A program made the position numbers and the translations under genes. From assembly GCA_038496445.1 (NCBI GenBank), contig JALMLS010000183.1:73982-137981 (forward strand): DNA of 64,000 bases, written 5' to 3'. The DNA is from Trichosphaerium sp. ATCC 40318. Lineage: Eukaryota; Protista; Tubulinea. A model generated the notes under the pieces. That model saw only the letters and a list, made by a program, of their open reading frames with translations, ran no database searches and was not told the origin of the DNA. Positions 13,116 through 25,450 of the stretch are shown here, one piece after another. Position 1 is the stretch's first letter. Each line of letters opens with the position of its first letter.

Positions 13116-14333
13116 GAAATTTAATCACGTGATTAACCGAAACCCTAGGATGCGCATCTCTTTGCCTTTTGAAAGCAAGGAAATCATTAATTTTCAAGCA
13201 ACAGCGAGTGTACGTTACTGTGGTTATCACGTGTCTCTTATATTTATTACAGAAAAGTGGTAGCGCAGCTTGGATAACAGCGACAAATATAAAAGGCGAC
13301 ACGTGCTTGTATAAATGTGCACTCTTCAAATAAAATTCAGCGCATGAGGTTAGACCTCTTGTGCTTCGTAACTTTGCCTTGCTACCTAACTGGTTGACTT
13401 TCTTTCTTGACAAGCTATAAGGCAAAAAGAGAAACAATTTTGCTAAGGCCTCATAGTCACTGTGACTTAGCGTGGTATACGATTGATTGTGGTTGACGTG
13501 ACAAAGTGTTGTTGGTAGTTATTCTCAGGTACAAATCATTTAGCGAATAGCGAATGGATGATACACGCACTTGCGAGAACATAAAACAGAAACCTGTACT
13601 AAATAAGTAGAGTACTACTTTTAAATTATTCTGGCACGTCATTACATCCTTGTTACCATGAATGTTTTAATGGATACGACCATGCTGATGGACTTGTAAA
13701 GAGCGATATAATGTCAAGGAAATGTTTACCTTGTAGATAAAGTACTCTTCTGTACTAACTGTACGAAAATTAAATAAATCGTATTGCGGGTATCATTTTG
13801 TTTCTTTGGAGGAAGTTTACAAAGAAATACCAATCTTATTTTTGTTTGGACTTGCAGAAAATGATTCAAAGGGTCTTCCTTTTATGGTGTATAATGCTAT
13901 AGGCATTGGTGCTTTCATATTATTGTTGCTGTCATTTTCGTATGCTGCTGTGAAAAAGATGATGACACTACTTCGCAATACAATAAAATAATTTAAGTTT
14001 TTAATCAAACATCATAGTACTTCCTTGGTTAAAATCAAATGAAAAGTGTTTCTGGTTGTCAGTGTTAATTACTTTAGGAATCACAGAAGCTCACAGAAGT
14101 ATGTAAAATGACAAAATCTGACTGGAATCAGTGGTTTTTATTATCATAGCCGCTTTGATACATGACCATAAAGCTGTAGTAGTGGTACACGAATGCGACA
14201 AAACTGAGTGCTTATAATATTGCCTGTTCAAGGGTAGACTTTTGCAACGTACTCATGTGTGCAAAAGAAAAACTTGCACACTTGTAATAGTTAATTTTTA
14301 TCTTTTTATAGAAGTACAATTACTGTTTGGTTA

Positions 14334-15336
14334 TTATAAGGATGCCGCCCATGTCACTGAGTCTAAGCAGACATAAAAATCGAATGAAGGAATCACCACG
14401 TTAAACTGTTGCCCACTATGAGTCCAAATCCATTCAACATTAATTGGTGTAGATAGCACATCTCGTACTTCATCCCTAACAGCCCACCATTTTTCTAACT
14501 CCGTGTATCTTATTTTATATCTCCACTGACGCCCTTTTTTTCGTGAATCAAGCATGTGTACCCATCTAAATAAATTGAATAAGAGCGAAAAAAAACAGAC
14601 AGTCACAACAATAAAAAGCGAACTTTTCTTCTTCCGTACCGGGAAAGTGACCTATACGTGCTATATTCACATGTCGGTTTTTTGAACTTCCTAGACGTGA
14701 ACAGAGACATTCCAAGCATGAATTGTTCGTGATTTCTACATAAATGAACAAATGTATTTACAAAAACAGTAAATTTTATGCCCGTTTCCAGGGTTGCCCT
14801 GTTCTACCAGGGCACAACCCTGAACAAAAAACGCTGAGGGCAGATAGATAGAAAAAGTGCCGTACGTTACTAGAAATACATTTGATTCTTGTGTCGGTTT
14901 TACGCCAATTCGAAGGTGTGTAGTCAGGCAAAGAGCGAAAAGAATTGGCCTTGTATTGGTACCAAAATACCTGTTTAAAGAAGGTTCATAGCGTAGTGTG
15001 AATAGCTCTATGGGATACTACAAATATTTAGTGAACACGTGCTTAAAGTAGTACGGAATATCTTTTGTTGTAAGCAGACTGCACCAAACAATTATGAGGC
15101 GTAAAATCCTATAAGCCGGGGAAAATGGATCAACAGTTTTTTCACCTCTTCTTAAAAGACAGAAAAGTGTGGATTATAAATGAACGTACAACACGCTTGG
15201 GTGTTTGCTCCGGTGTCTTTTTTCTTCTACTTATCGTAGATGTCGAATGCTTCATGTAACAGCTTAGGCTTGGTACATTTAACCTACTTGTAGATATAAT
15301 TGTAACCATTTTTTTTGTATGTCTGTTGATGTGCAT
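14334..15336 (-). pseudogene. Degenerate RNase H1-like gene or pseudogene
   Basis: Fragments GTNTRPILFALCL, YVEITNNS and INVEWIWTHSGQQFN resemble RNase H motifs (TNNRAEL.A, V.I.TDS, .WV.GH.G...N) but lack the catalytic acidic residues. Confidence 0.3.
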
Positions 15337-17161
15337 CGCAGCTGGTGTTTAGTTTTTTGAATGTAATTTTTAGTTCACTCTTCCATTATAATAGAAATGT
15401 TCAACGTGATTCAAGTTCCACGGATTCAAACCGTAAATGCAGTCACGTGTAGAAATATTAAACATGTGAGAATTTAGAGTGTCTAAAGTTTGGTTTGTAA
15501 GGCACAGAATTTATAAAACCCTTCAAGGCACACTATTAAATTTGAGATCTTCTTCTTCTTGAGTATACCTAAAATTAACGTTACGGTATTTTCTGTTATT
15601 ACAAGAAGTAATGGACAAAAAAAAATCCACACAAATGAGAAGTGACGGTTTTTTGTCGTTAGCTAACCCAACTTTCTCCAATTTATAAGTTTCATTCATA
15701 CTTAGACCTACAGAGGCAAATAAATACTTATACACGGAGTAACTAATTCTCCATATCACCATACAAGCCACGTGATATGTGATTGTAAAATCGGCCAAAA
15801 AAATATCCGCGGAGATATATAGATGATTGTCAGTTGCTATTGTTAGGTGTACTACGACAACGCCAAGCATACAAGATTTTTCCTCATACATATACTTTAT
15901 CTTTGGTTTTGCCTTACCGTAATCTGTTAAATCTAAACCCTACAATAAGTTTCTAAAGTTTAACACGTTTGTGAAGTTTGTGATTGTGTGTTTCGGAAAG
16001 TTTCTTTTTGGAGCGAGTCAAACCGTATTATAAAACACCATTTTTATATAATTTCAATAAAAAGGGGTTTCTACTACAGCTATTTTCGAAAAGAAATAAT
16101 TTTCAGCGTAGTTGGTATGTTTAAAACTCTAGAAAAAAAACAAAATATATTGAGAAGTAAAACTAACAACCACCATTGTTCCCTGTTGATGTATATCAAC
16201 ACATAGCGCTACAATAAAGTAACCCGGTTTCTTTCATCCACTCAATTATTTATCAATAGACAGTGACGATCAAACGCGTGAGTACACCTACAATAAACTT
16301 GTAAAAAAAGCAGAAGTCTAATCACAACTATTTTTACTAATAGGGAGGGGACGGGATTGAGATCCGACACGATTTTCCGTTATTCGTTTTTTCGTATATT
16401 CTGAATATTTAACGTACTATGACGTATTGCAGCAGCTGTAATGTTTTGATGGGAGTGGTTTGTTTGTCTATCAAAGTTGTAAGAAAGTTCACTGGCACGT
16501 GTTTGATTGTTTTTGAGCTTCATGAAAAAATCTCGTAGAGCAAACTAGGTATGTTGCGCTTTATGAGGGGTGCATTGTTAGCCTTTAACCCAAAATCGAT
16601 AGCCTACAATAAAAACCAAGACATTCATCTGAAACGGTTTTTAATGCGTCCACACTAAAAAGATCGAAAAAAAAAAAAGCTTGCTTTACAAATGAATTTA
16701 ATACTACCGTTCACCCTACCAAGTAAGGATCTCGTTATTTTGATCCTGAAAACGGTAAACCTAGTTTACCCGGGTTAGGGTAAACCAATTGATCCGAATA
16801 GTTTGAAAACCATTTTCGAACTTTAGAAGGTCGTTCAACTAAAAATAAAAAAGGCAAGAAGGTTAGAATGCCAATAGAATAAAGACACGTGTCACGCGTC
16901 ACAAAGATAGAATTAACTTTAAAAAAGCGTTAAAGTATATACTTAACACATTAGCTTAATGGCTTTAGTAGAACATTCATACCCTTACTGTAAAGCGTTA
17001 TTGTTAAAATCTACGTTGGCGTTGTAGAATAAAAAATGAATAAAGAGATGAATACAAATAACCATAAATACTAATCTTTTACACTTACCGATTGTGACTG
17101 TAGGAAATAGCAAACCGCGGTTTTTGCCATTTTTTCCAATCAGATTAGTTCGGTGCACTAA

Positions 17162-17557
17162 TCAATTGATCATCCACAGTGATCGATACCAGATCTGGCG
17201 TCGAAGCTGGTGGTGCTTACTGCGACGCCATACTTGGTACTGGGAAGGTTTCTTTGGTGGAGATAACTTGCCTTGCAAGCGTAGTCTCTTTCGAAGAGCC
17301 TTCCGTTTTGCGAAAATATTAGGATTCTTTTTGCGAATCTTGGGCGCTGAGCCCTCATCAAAGGATTCTAATATTCGCACTAACTGGTCTAGTAGCTCAT
17401 TTGTTACTCTATCTCTGAGTTTATCAAGCTCAGATAAGCTGTTGCCAAGTGCCTGAAGTAGGCGGTAGACAAGAGCAAATATCAACTGTAGGCTAAAGAT
17501 AAATAGCGTAACAAATAGCTGAAACGAAAATTCTGGAACAATGCCAAACAAATACAT
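17162..17557 (-). CDS. Hypothetical intronless protein (N-terminal hydrophobic helix, coiled segment, basic C-terminus)
   Basis: 131-aa ATG-initiated ORF with protein-like composition in an otherwise gene-poor stretch. Confidence 0.35.
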   Translation of the reverse strand: MYLFGIVPEFSFQLFVTLFIFSLQLIFALVYRLLQALGNSLSELDKLRDRVTNELLDQLVRILESFDEGSAPKIRKKNPNIFAKRKALRKRLRLQGKLSPPKKPSQYQVWRRSKHHQLRRQIWYRSLWMIN

Positions 17558-18939
17558 AATACGCTTTGCGTTTGATTATGTTTTTTAATATTAATTTTCG
17601 TCAATAAACAAGTTCAAAAGGCAGTTTCCATGGAAATAACTTGTGGATAATTATGGATAATGCACATTTCAAAACGCTCATACACCCCCTGTGCGTGTTC
17701 CCTAAGTGCATGAGAACCGTTTGGGCAATGTTTTGGTTCTCGAAATGAGCTACTAAACGAGTACTTCTATTTTTACCTTTCTTTTTATTTCAATTCATTT
17801 TTAGTTGCTCCACTGCATTACATGGTGTTAATGAAACGTTTGATACTTCCGTTCTACCATGTACAAAGGAAATTGAGTAGAAAATCAGTGAAAACAGTTG
17901 CAAAATAGAGCACGACGCTACAAACTCGTGAAACGAGAGGGTTTTTATCCCGTTTTTAGATTAAACAGATGTCGTTTCACATAGCGCCTCTTGAGAAAGT
18001 GCAACTACTTGCATCAACTTTCCATTACATATAATAAATTCCAGCTGTGAATAATTCCCGAGGCCGCACGTACTTGCCGTTGTGTCATCTCACAGACAAC
18101 GTGACTTTACAAATAATTGGTTCTGAAGCTAAAAATGTCAAATTCCACCACAGAATACTAAAACTCGACGAAAGGTCGGATATGAGTTTCTGCGCGTATT
18201 GGATGATAGGCTGGTGTTTTTATCGCAATCGTGTAGCATTTATTACATTTTGTCTAAAAACTTCCTAACTAACGTGAGACGCATTTAAATCCTATCAATA
18301 AGCGGATGTGATGCGTTTAAAGGCGTTGAGAGGGATTATTGCCACTCATTTCCCGTACTGCCTGAAAAGCGTCGGTGGCTATTATAAACAAGGTCAGGAA
18401 TAAAACTGGTCTACAGCAATCGATTTAGGAGACGTTGAGGAAAAGTCTTGACTCAATTCAACAACTTTCGTTAGGTTAATAGCAAGACTACTGAAATTGT
18501 ATATCTAGTATTTAAAGAGAATCTAAAGCGTATTCTGTCTATTAAATGAAAAACCATCAGAACAAGGCTAAAATAACAAGACAAGCTTATGAGGTAGCTC
18601 TATATGCGTAAAAAAAAAAGATTGTACGGTTTAAACCATTTAAAAAATGTCAGCAGATTTGTCAGAATCAAAACGCACTCGTTTCTGTTTCTCCCGCTAT
18701 AAACACCATAATTTAAGACTAGCGCTTTCATTCGAAACCGCTGATTTAAACAATACCGATAAAACCGCCTTCCGGACTCTTTCAACTATAACAACGCAAA
18801 AGAGGGTGTGATACGAGCGTTAAGAGAGCATTTGAAGCAGACTTTCCTTAAAAGACCATCCGGCTATCGCGTGGACCAAAAAACGTGGGAATTCTCCTCC
18901 TATAATTCTCCCCGCATTGTGTTTACCATTCCCAACAAC

Positions 18940-20823
18940 ATGAACACTACTCTGAACAATACTTTACTGATTGATGAAGATGGTGGGTTCCCCGACAAGT
19001 TATTCAGCCCAGAGTTGGCGTATACATCTATTCTAGTATTCATAGGCTCAAGTCTTTGCGCAGGAGCTGGTACGTAACACTGTTTTTGTAGTTGTTAACC
19101 TGTAACTTACTGTTAAAATAGGAGTTGGTGGCGGGTCGATTTATCTACCTCTATACCTTGTAGTACTTGGTTTAAATGCAAAATCGGCACCGGCGCTATC
19201 GCAGGTACGCAATAAACGTCGGTTCTTTTTCTCTTTTTTTACAAAAAAAAGTGTTCCTTTTGTTACGTCTTCTGAGTCTTGTTTAGGCTACTATCTTCGG
19301 TGTTGCGCTTGGAAGTTTCATGATAAATGTGTGGAGACGTCATCCAAACCAGAAACGTCCATTGATCAACTATAATCTTGTTCTACTGCTTGAACCAATG
19401 ATACTTGCAGGTAACTTTTTTTGTCCCTATTTTTCATACGTCACGTGACATTTTTTTTCAAAGGCACAGTTATTGGAGTTTTCCTTAATACATCATTTCC
19501 TAACATTGTGACTATTGTGACGCTACTTCTTGTACTTCTATTCGCTTGTTACAAGACCTTCCGAAAAGTACGGTGACATAAGTTCAAAAAAACTGGGTTT
19601 AACAGATCACAGGCCTTCAGAGTCCGAAAGGAAGAACATAAGATTGCCAAGGCTGCTAAAAAAGTTGCCGAAAAAGAAAAAGAGTTGGAGGAAAATTATA
19701 CAAAAGATTCTCCGGACGCTATCTCTAGTGCTGGGATTGGGTCTATCGTAACAATCGATATTGAACAACCTTCAACCAAAAATGAAGATCTGATTAAATG
19801 TCTTAAAAACGAGGCTAGACTCTTTCCTTGGGAAAAGTATATTGTCCTAGGCGTAATGGTATTAGGACTCTTTGTTTTACGTACACTTGCTGGAGGTAAA
19901 TCAGGCACGTGGTTTTATTTTAAGCTGTGGTTTCTGACTTTAGATTTTTTTAAATAGAATCTGCAATTGGTATAAAATGCAATTCTCCTTTGTTTTGGAC
20001 GCTTCTTCTTGGACTTTTCGTGTACCTTTCATGCGTTAGTGCAGGTGTTGGCGTATGGCTTAACAAGAACTACGCCGCTAAAAAAAAGATGAACTTTCCC
20101 TTCGTTGTACGCTGTTCGAAAAAGAATTCTTTTGCGCTTTTTGTTTGAAGAACTGTTTTCTGAGGTCGATCTCTTATCAGTTTACTAATAGAAAGGTGAT
20201 ATTAAATGGGCCTATAAAAAGGTGATAATTTTAGCACTTTTAGCGACAACAGGCGGTATAGTTGCTGGGTTTGTTGGTAAGTCAAATAATTTGGGTGTTT
20301 TCTTGTTTTTTTCTACTTTTTTTGGTAGCGCTTCTAATATGTTTAGGTATTGGTGGTGGTATGATCCAAGCACCGCTTATGCTTGAACTAGGTATATTAC
20401 CTCAAGTCGTATCAGCAACATCAGTGTTCATGGTGGTACGTCACAAGAAACAAAGATAAAGAAAAAAAAGTGTCTTACTATGATTTAGCTGTTTACGTCT
20501 TCAGCTACTATTCTTCAATTTGTCATACTTGGAAAGTTGCCATTAGACTTTGGAGCTTGGTACATGTGCGTAGGTATGTGTGGCGCGATTATTGGTCACC
20601 TGACATTGGGACATTTTGTGAAAAAATACAAAAAGCAATCTATTGTTGGTACGTTTAGTTTTGTTTTTTTTTGTTGAAATTTGCTATGCTTCTAACAGTT
20701 TTGGTTTTAGTTTTCTTATTGGGCGCTATTATTATACTTGGTGTATGTGGTTTGATTTATGTGACTACACAAAAGGCGATTGACAAGGAGATCAACTTTA
20801 AATTTTCAAGTGTATGCGACTGA
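18940..20823 (+). CDS. Sulfite exporter TauE/SafE (TSUP) family membrane transporter
   Basis: Spliced: SLCAGA|GVGGGSIYLP, RRHPNQKRPLINYNLVLLLEPMILA|GTVIGV, GIVAGFV|GIGGGMIQAPLMLELGILPQVVSATS: duplicated GxGGG motifs of the family. Confidence 0.9.
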
Positions 20824-21958
20824 CAAACAAAAGAAACTGCAAAAAAAAAAACCTTCCACTTTGTAAATAAAGATACAAACTGTACTTCTATCTACTCTCA
20901 ACTTCTTCGCGTACATACCTTCAAGAATACAAAGGGAGCTAGGTCTTATTAAAGGGGCTACAGTCAAAACGTTACAGGTCATCCAAAGGGTTACTAACAT
21001 ATCTACGGCAAACGCAATGTACAATTCTCAAACTGTAGAATAAAACGTTTCACTTTGGTATTTGTTTAAAAACACAAGGGAAAATGTAGTATTGATTAGC
21101 GAGCATGGTGTTTGCGCAAATGGATAGTAGATCTCTATTTCAAAATTTTGTACTTCAAGACCTTGGCTACAACTCACAACGCTTTCTTGCAGGTTTTGGC
21201 TTGCGATAAATTTTATCTACCTACAGCATAATGAAAAGTGTACTAACAAGAGCTGCGGATTCTACACATGAATTTACTATATAATGGGTCATCTGAACAG
21301 ATGCAAACAATTTTAATAAAGGCCATAGAGCAATAGAGCTTATTACTTGTCAGTTGAAAATACTTGCAAGCAGTTAGTGAAAAAAAATCACGTGATTTTG
21401 TGCGTTCCAATTGGCTTGGCTTGTCATTGATGCCCACTTCTTTTTTTCAACAGTCACCTGCCATTCAGAGCTATGACAACCCACAGGCGTAATTCACAAG
21501 TAACTTCAGCTAAAAGATATTCGCGAACTTGGTTTTTTTTTTTTGTTGCTAACAATGAGCATGTTCCAGGACTAAGATATACAAAGCAGCTGCTTCAAGT
21601 ATGATTGCTAATCACAGCATTTTTTGAACTTGGGGTTTTGATTGAAACAAAGTTGTTTCGCGAATTTAAAATCACATGTTGGGTAATCCGTTAGCTAAGT
21701 AAATCACGGGAAAATTTTATAGTCCTTTTTTGAACAAAAGACACGTGGGTAACGCCACCCAAAAAATACATCCTCAAATAGTTAGCTTTCTACCGACTTG
21801 AGCGTAGGTAGATTTATCCGTTCACCTGAAATTTCACGTGAAAAATTTTATTTGCACCAGTTCACCACCAGTTCACCGGGCAAACAATTCATCAAGCAAG
21901 TATTAATCTCAATCATTGCAAGCATCACAACACTAGAACAACAACAACTAAAAACCAA

Positions 21959-22857
21959 ATGTCTAAGGCATCGAAACCAACAAAGGAAGCAAATCTAGAC
22001 GATTGGAAAAAAGCTCAGGCAAAAATTTTGGAAGCTATGCCAGACGAACCTACGGAAGATAAGAGGCATCCTGCTGAATTCACCCTTCCGTTGGACGATG
22101 ACAATATTAGACAATTATTGGTGGCATGTTCACAAGACGTTTACCACTTCGAAGAGTTGGGCAAGTTTAAGGATCATTTGAAGAGACTAGAACAACAGAA
22201 GCAGGATAAAAAAAGTGGCAACCTTATTCAATACGGATTATACCAGGTCCTAAAGGGCAAGTACAAGAACAAGAAGATACTTGCTCTCAGAGGAACGAAG
22301 ACGCTACTTGGTGAGTTTTTTTCTGATTTTTTGGCTAAATAAGATATACTCAAGTACTTTGTAGATGTTTTACAAGATTTTTCTCTGGTGGTCTCGGGAA
22401 CTACAATCAGAAAGGCTAAACAAAACGCAATAGATGTAGCTACGGAATTGAAACCTGACTTTATTACAGGTACACAAAAACAAAAAAAAACAAAACAAAA
22501 AAAAAAACTTAACTCTTTGGTTTTCCTTAAGGTCACTCACTTGGCGGAGCACTTGCTGAAATGGCAGCTTCTGAAATACCACTCCCTGGCGCTTCATTTA
22601 ATTCACCAGGAGTATATTCTTGGAAACCCAAGTTTAATCTGTGCGGTGAAAGCAAAAAGTATGCTGACATACAATATGAAGTACATTTGACAAAAGGTGA
22701 CCTTTTTTCGATGATTGGTGCCTGCCGTTATCCTAAAAATGGGCACATTGCAGAGCCAAAATGGGCCAAAGCTGTTGCGATACCTAATGGAACTAAGGAA
22801 GAACAAAAGAAGCATGCTGTCAAGGCCTGTGTTGCTAGAATTGGAGCACTCAAGTAA
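21959..22857 (+). CDS. Class-3 lipase / alpha-beta hydrolase (3 exons)
   Basis: ILALRGT, nucleophile elbow ITG|HSLGG restored across an intron, SFNSPG, GDLFS, C-terminal His. Confidence 0.85.
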
Positions 22858-23232
22858 GCATTGCAATGCTCTTGGTATTAGAATAGATAAGAAAACGAGA
22901 AGAAATTATTTGTCAACAAAATAAACAAAATAATTTTTTTTCTTTATTGTCCTAAAAGCTTATATTACCGATTGTTCGATTCTTCTGTTCTTTGTCTTAT
23001 GCAACTTGAAGAACCATGAAAACACTCAGCACGTCATCGAATCGCATCTTTTGATATACAACAAGCTGTAGCTTTGACTACAAACAAAGCAAAATCTGCA
23101 GCGCAGAACAAGCTGTAAGAGACTTATTACCCTATTAGCTCGTTTGTTTATACTGGTAGACAACTATGCGATACGCTAAAACAATACTAGTTCCTCAAGA
23201 ACGTAGTATGAATCGATTCTCTCCAAGTAAAG

Positions 23233-23637
23233 TAAATCTTATCTTATTCCGTCTTTGTGAAATTTCGTTGCTTTTCAATACCACAAGTAAATTCTTTGCT
23301 CTATGTCGTCACTTAAATACACTACTTCTTACAATTATCAGTAGAGATGCATAGTAGATGTGCCCCAACTTCCCAGCGTGGCATACCTGAGTTTATACTT
23401 CGACAGGAAACTAATTACCTCGGGATGCCAATTGCAATTGTAATAATACTTCGTAAACCTTGCAAAAGCATACAATCGCATTCATGCGTTGGGAAAAATC
23501 ATACTTCGTTGCACACCTGCAATGAAGAGGCAGAGGCTTCTTCGTAACATAGGCGCTCTATCTGGTGCTACAGCTCCAGTAGAGCCCAATACACTATGGG
23601 GCACGCTACGCTACCACCTCTTTTTGTTAATTTTCTA
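23233..23637 (+). repeat. Dispersed ~400-bp repeat, copy 2
   Basis: Inverted near-identical copy of 717-1119. Confidence 0.95.
23352..23625 (+). ncRNA. Candidate structured ncRNA (~270 nt), copy 2
   Basis: Terminal stem 23352-23367/23597-23613; stem 23370-23378/23487-23495 closing three hairpins; ATACTTCG at 23395, 23446, 23501; TTTTT at 23621-23625. Confidence 0.55.
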
Positions 23638-23823
23638 CAAATCCGAAAAATGCTACACATTTTGAAGCGACATTCATCTTCGTTTTTATGTCCTCAGCAT
23701 CTTATGATGCACAGATGCCGCTTGTGGTAAGTTAGATACTTTCAACTCCTAAATTACTGCAAACTTTCAACAAAAGTCAAGAGTGGTTCTCTGAGAGATC
23801 AGAATCCTTACCATCTACACGAG

Positions 23824-24887
23824 ATGTCAATTAACGTGATACTGAAGCTTATTGGAAGTATTGAAGTCGATGGCGGGAGAAAAGAGTTCTTACCAACACT
23901 CAAACAACATCAAGTCGAAAAGTTGCTAAACAGCATCAATGCTTCTCTATACTTGTTCTGGCTTCCTGCCCAAGGTGCTGATCATTTTATACTATCAATC
24001 TCCCATAGAGGGTCTGTAATAGATCACAAGCAGATACCAATAACAGAGATTAACAAGAGAGACAATATGCGGTCAAGAATCGGCACTGCACGTGAGTATC
24101 GGTTCGAATTTCATAAACGAGTCTTTGATACCTCACAGCGGTTTTATGCTATAAGTGTAAACAACAAGCCTCCCTCAATGAAACGTAAACACAACGGAAG
24201 TGGATGGACTGTCGAAGAAAACGTAATGCACCTTAAATGGAACCAGGCAAGGCTTGTATTCTTGTCTCACCTGAAGGGTGGTATTTTCAGTTGGCTGCCA
24301 ATGGAGATTATCGTCATGATATTTGAATGTATTGTGATATGCCATGTAGCTGCGCTTGGTACCCATAACATTGATATGCTCATTGCCTCAATGCTAGCCC
24401 AACGCTTAGAGATGAATTCGATCACGTGTTTGTACCTGAAAAAAGTCCACTTTTATCGAGGCGTCTTTGAAACGCTTATGGAAGGTCTAGAGAAGAATAG
24501 CTCGCTTGAACAATTTAGTCCAACGATGTCTTCACGCAAGTCACCATGGTAAGCTTACTACCATTAAGGAACCATTCTAATAGTGTTTTTAGGCGTGTTC
24601 AGAAAAGTGTGCTTCCAGCTTTACAGCATATTGACAGCCTAACAGCGCTACAACTTGAATACTCAGAGGAACTAATTACTCTCCTTGCCAATCCAAAGAT
24701 CGTTTTCCCGAATTTGCGTATCCTCATCTTGAACTACAGTACTGTTCCTGATGAATATCTTGACCTTGTAAAGGATATTTGCAGGCTTAGAGAAGGCATA
24801 TTGGTTCGGTTTATGACGGGATACAGTACAGGAGCTGTGTACAAATTTTTGGTATCCAAAAATTTAATGTCGGATCGTTTTGCATAA
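23824..24887 (+). CDS. Hypothetical protein with internal F-box-like motif and LRR-like C-terminus (2 exons)
   Basis: FSWLPMEIIVMIFE (F-box-like); NSSLEQF, SLTALQL, PNLRILILN (LRR-like); a GTAAGC...TAG intron near 24548-24592 joins the two ORFs. Confidence 0.6.
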
Positions 24888-25450
24888 ACCACGTGTAAGC
24901 TTAATCTTTTGCATCGGTATTTTAGTTAATAAATGTAGTAAATTACAGCGCTTCTCTTCTTAATACGTAGTACAGGCTAATCATCCTGTTTAACGTGCGA
25001 AAAAAATGAGGAAGAGTTTGTTTTCATGACTTGCACGAATATTCGCTTAGTCCGCCAAGTACAGCCAACTCTTTTGCCGTAGCCTTTGTTCTTCACAACT
25101 TTGTTGTTTTGCAGGTTTTTTATTACGTTCGAATAATACAAGGATTCAAAGTATCTGAGAACCCATCACACATTCATGTTTTTAGGTTAGAAAAACTAAG
25201 TTGTTAATGAACCAAGGAACGTATCTCATGCTACTTTCACTATAGGACAATGCGTTTATAAAGCAACTGTTTGTACATACATTAGTAGTACACAAGATAG
25301 AAAGCTTTTTGAAGGAGAAAACAGTTTGTCATAAAAAAAGGTCACGTGATTTCTACTAATCGGGAGCCTGTGAAAAGTAGCTTAGCGGAAAATGAAAATA
25401 GCGCAATTTTGGCGCACAAAACAAGCAAGTCTTCGCAGAAAAAGTAAAAA

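Noticed and set aside
16772-16781. GGGTTAGGG telomere-like motif
   Set aside because: Single unit, no array
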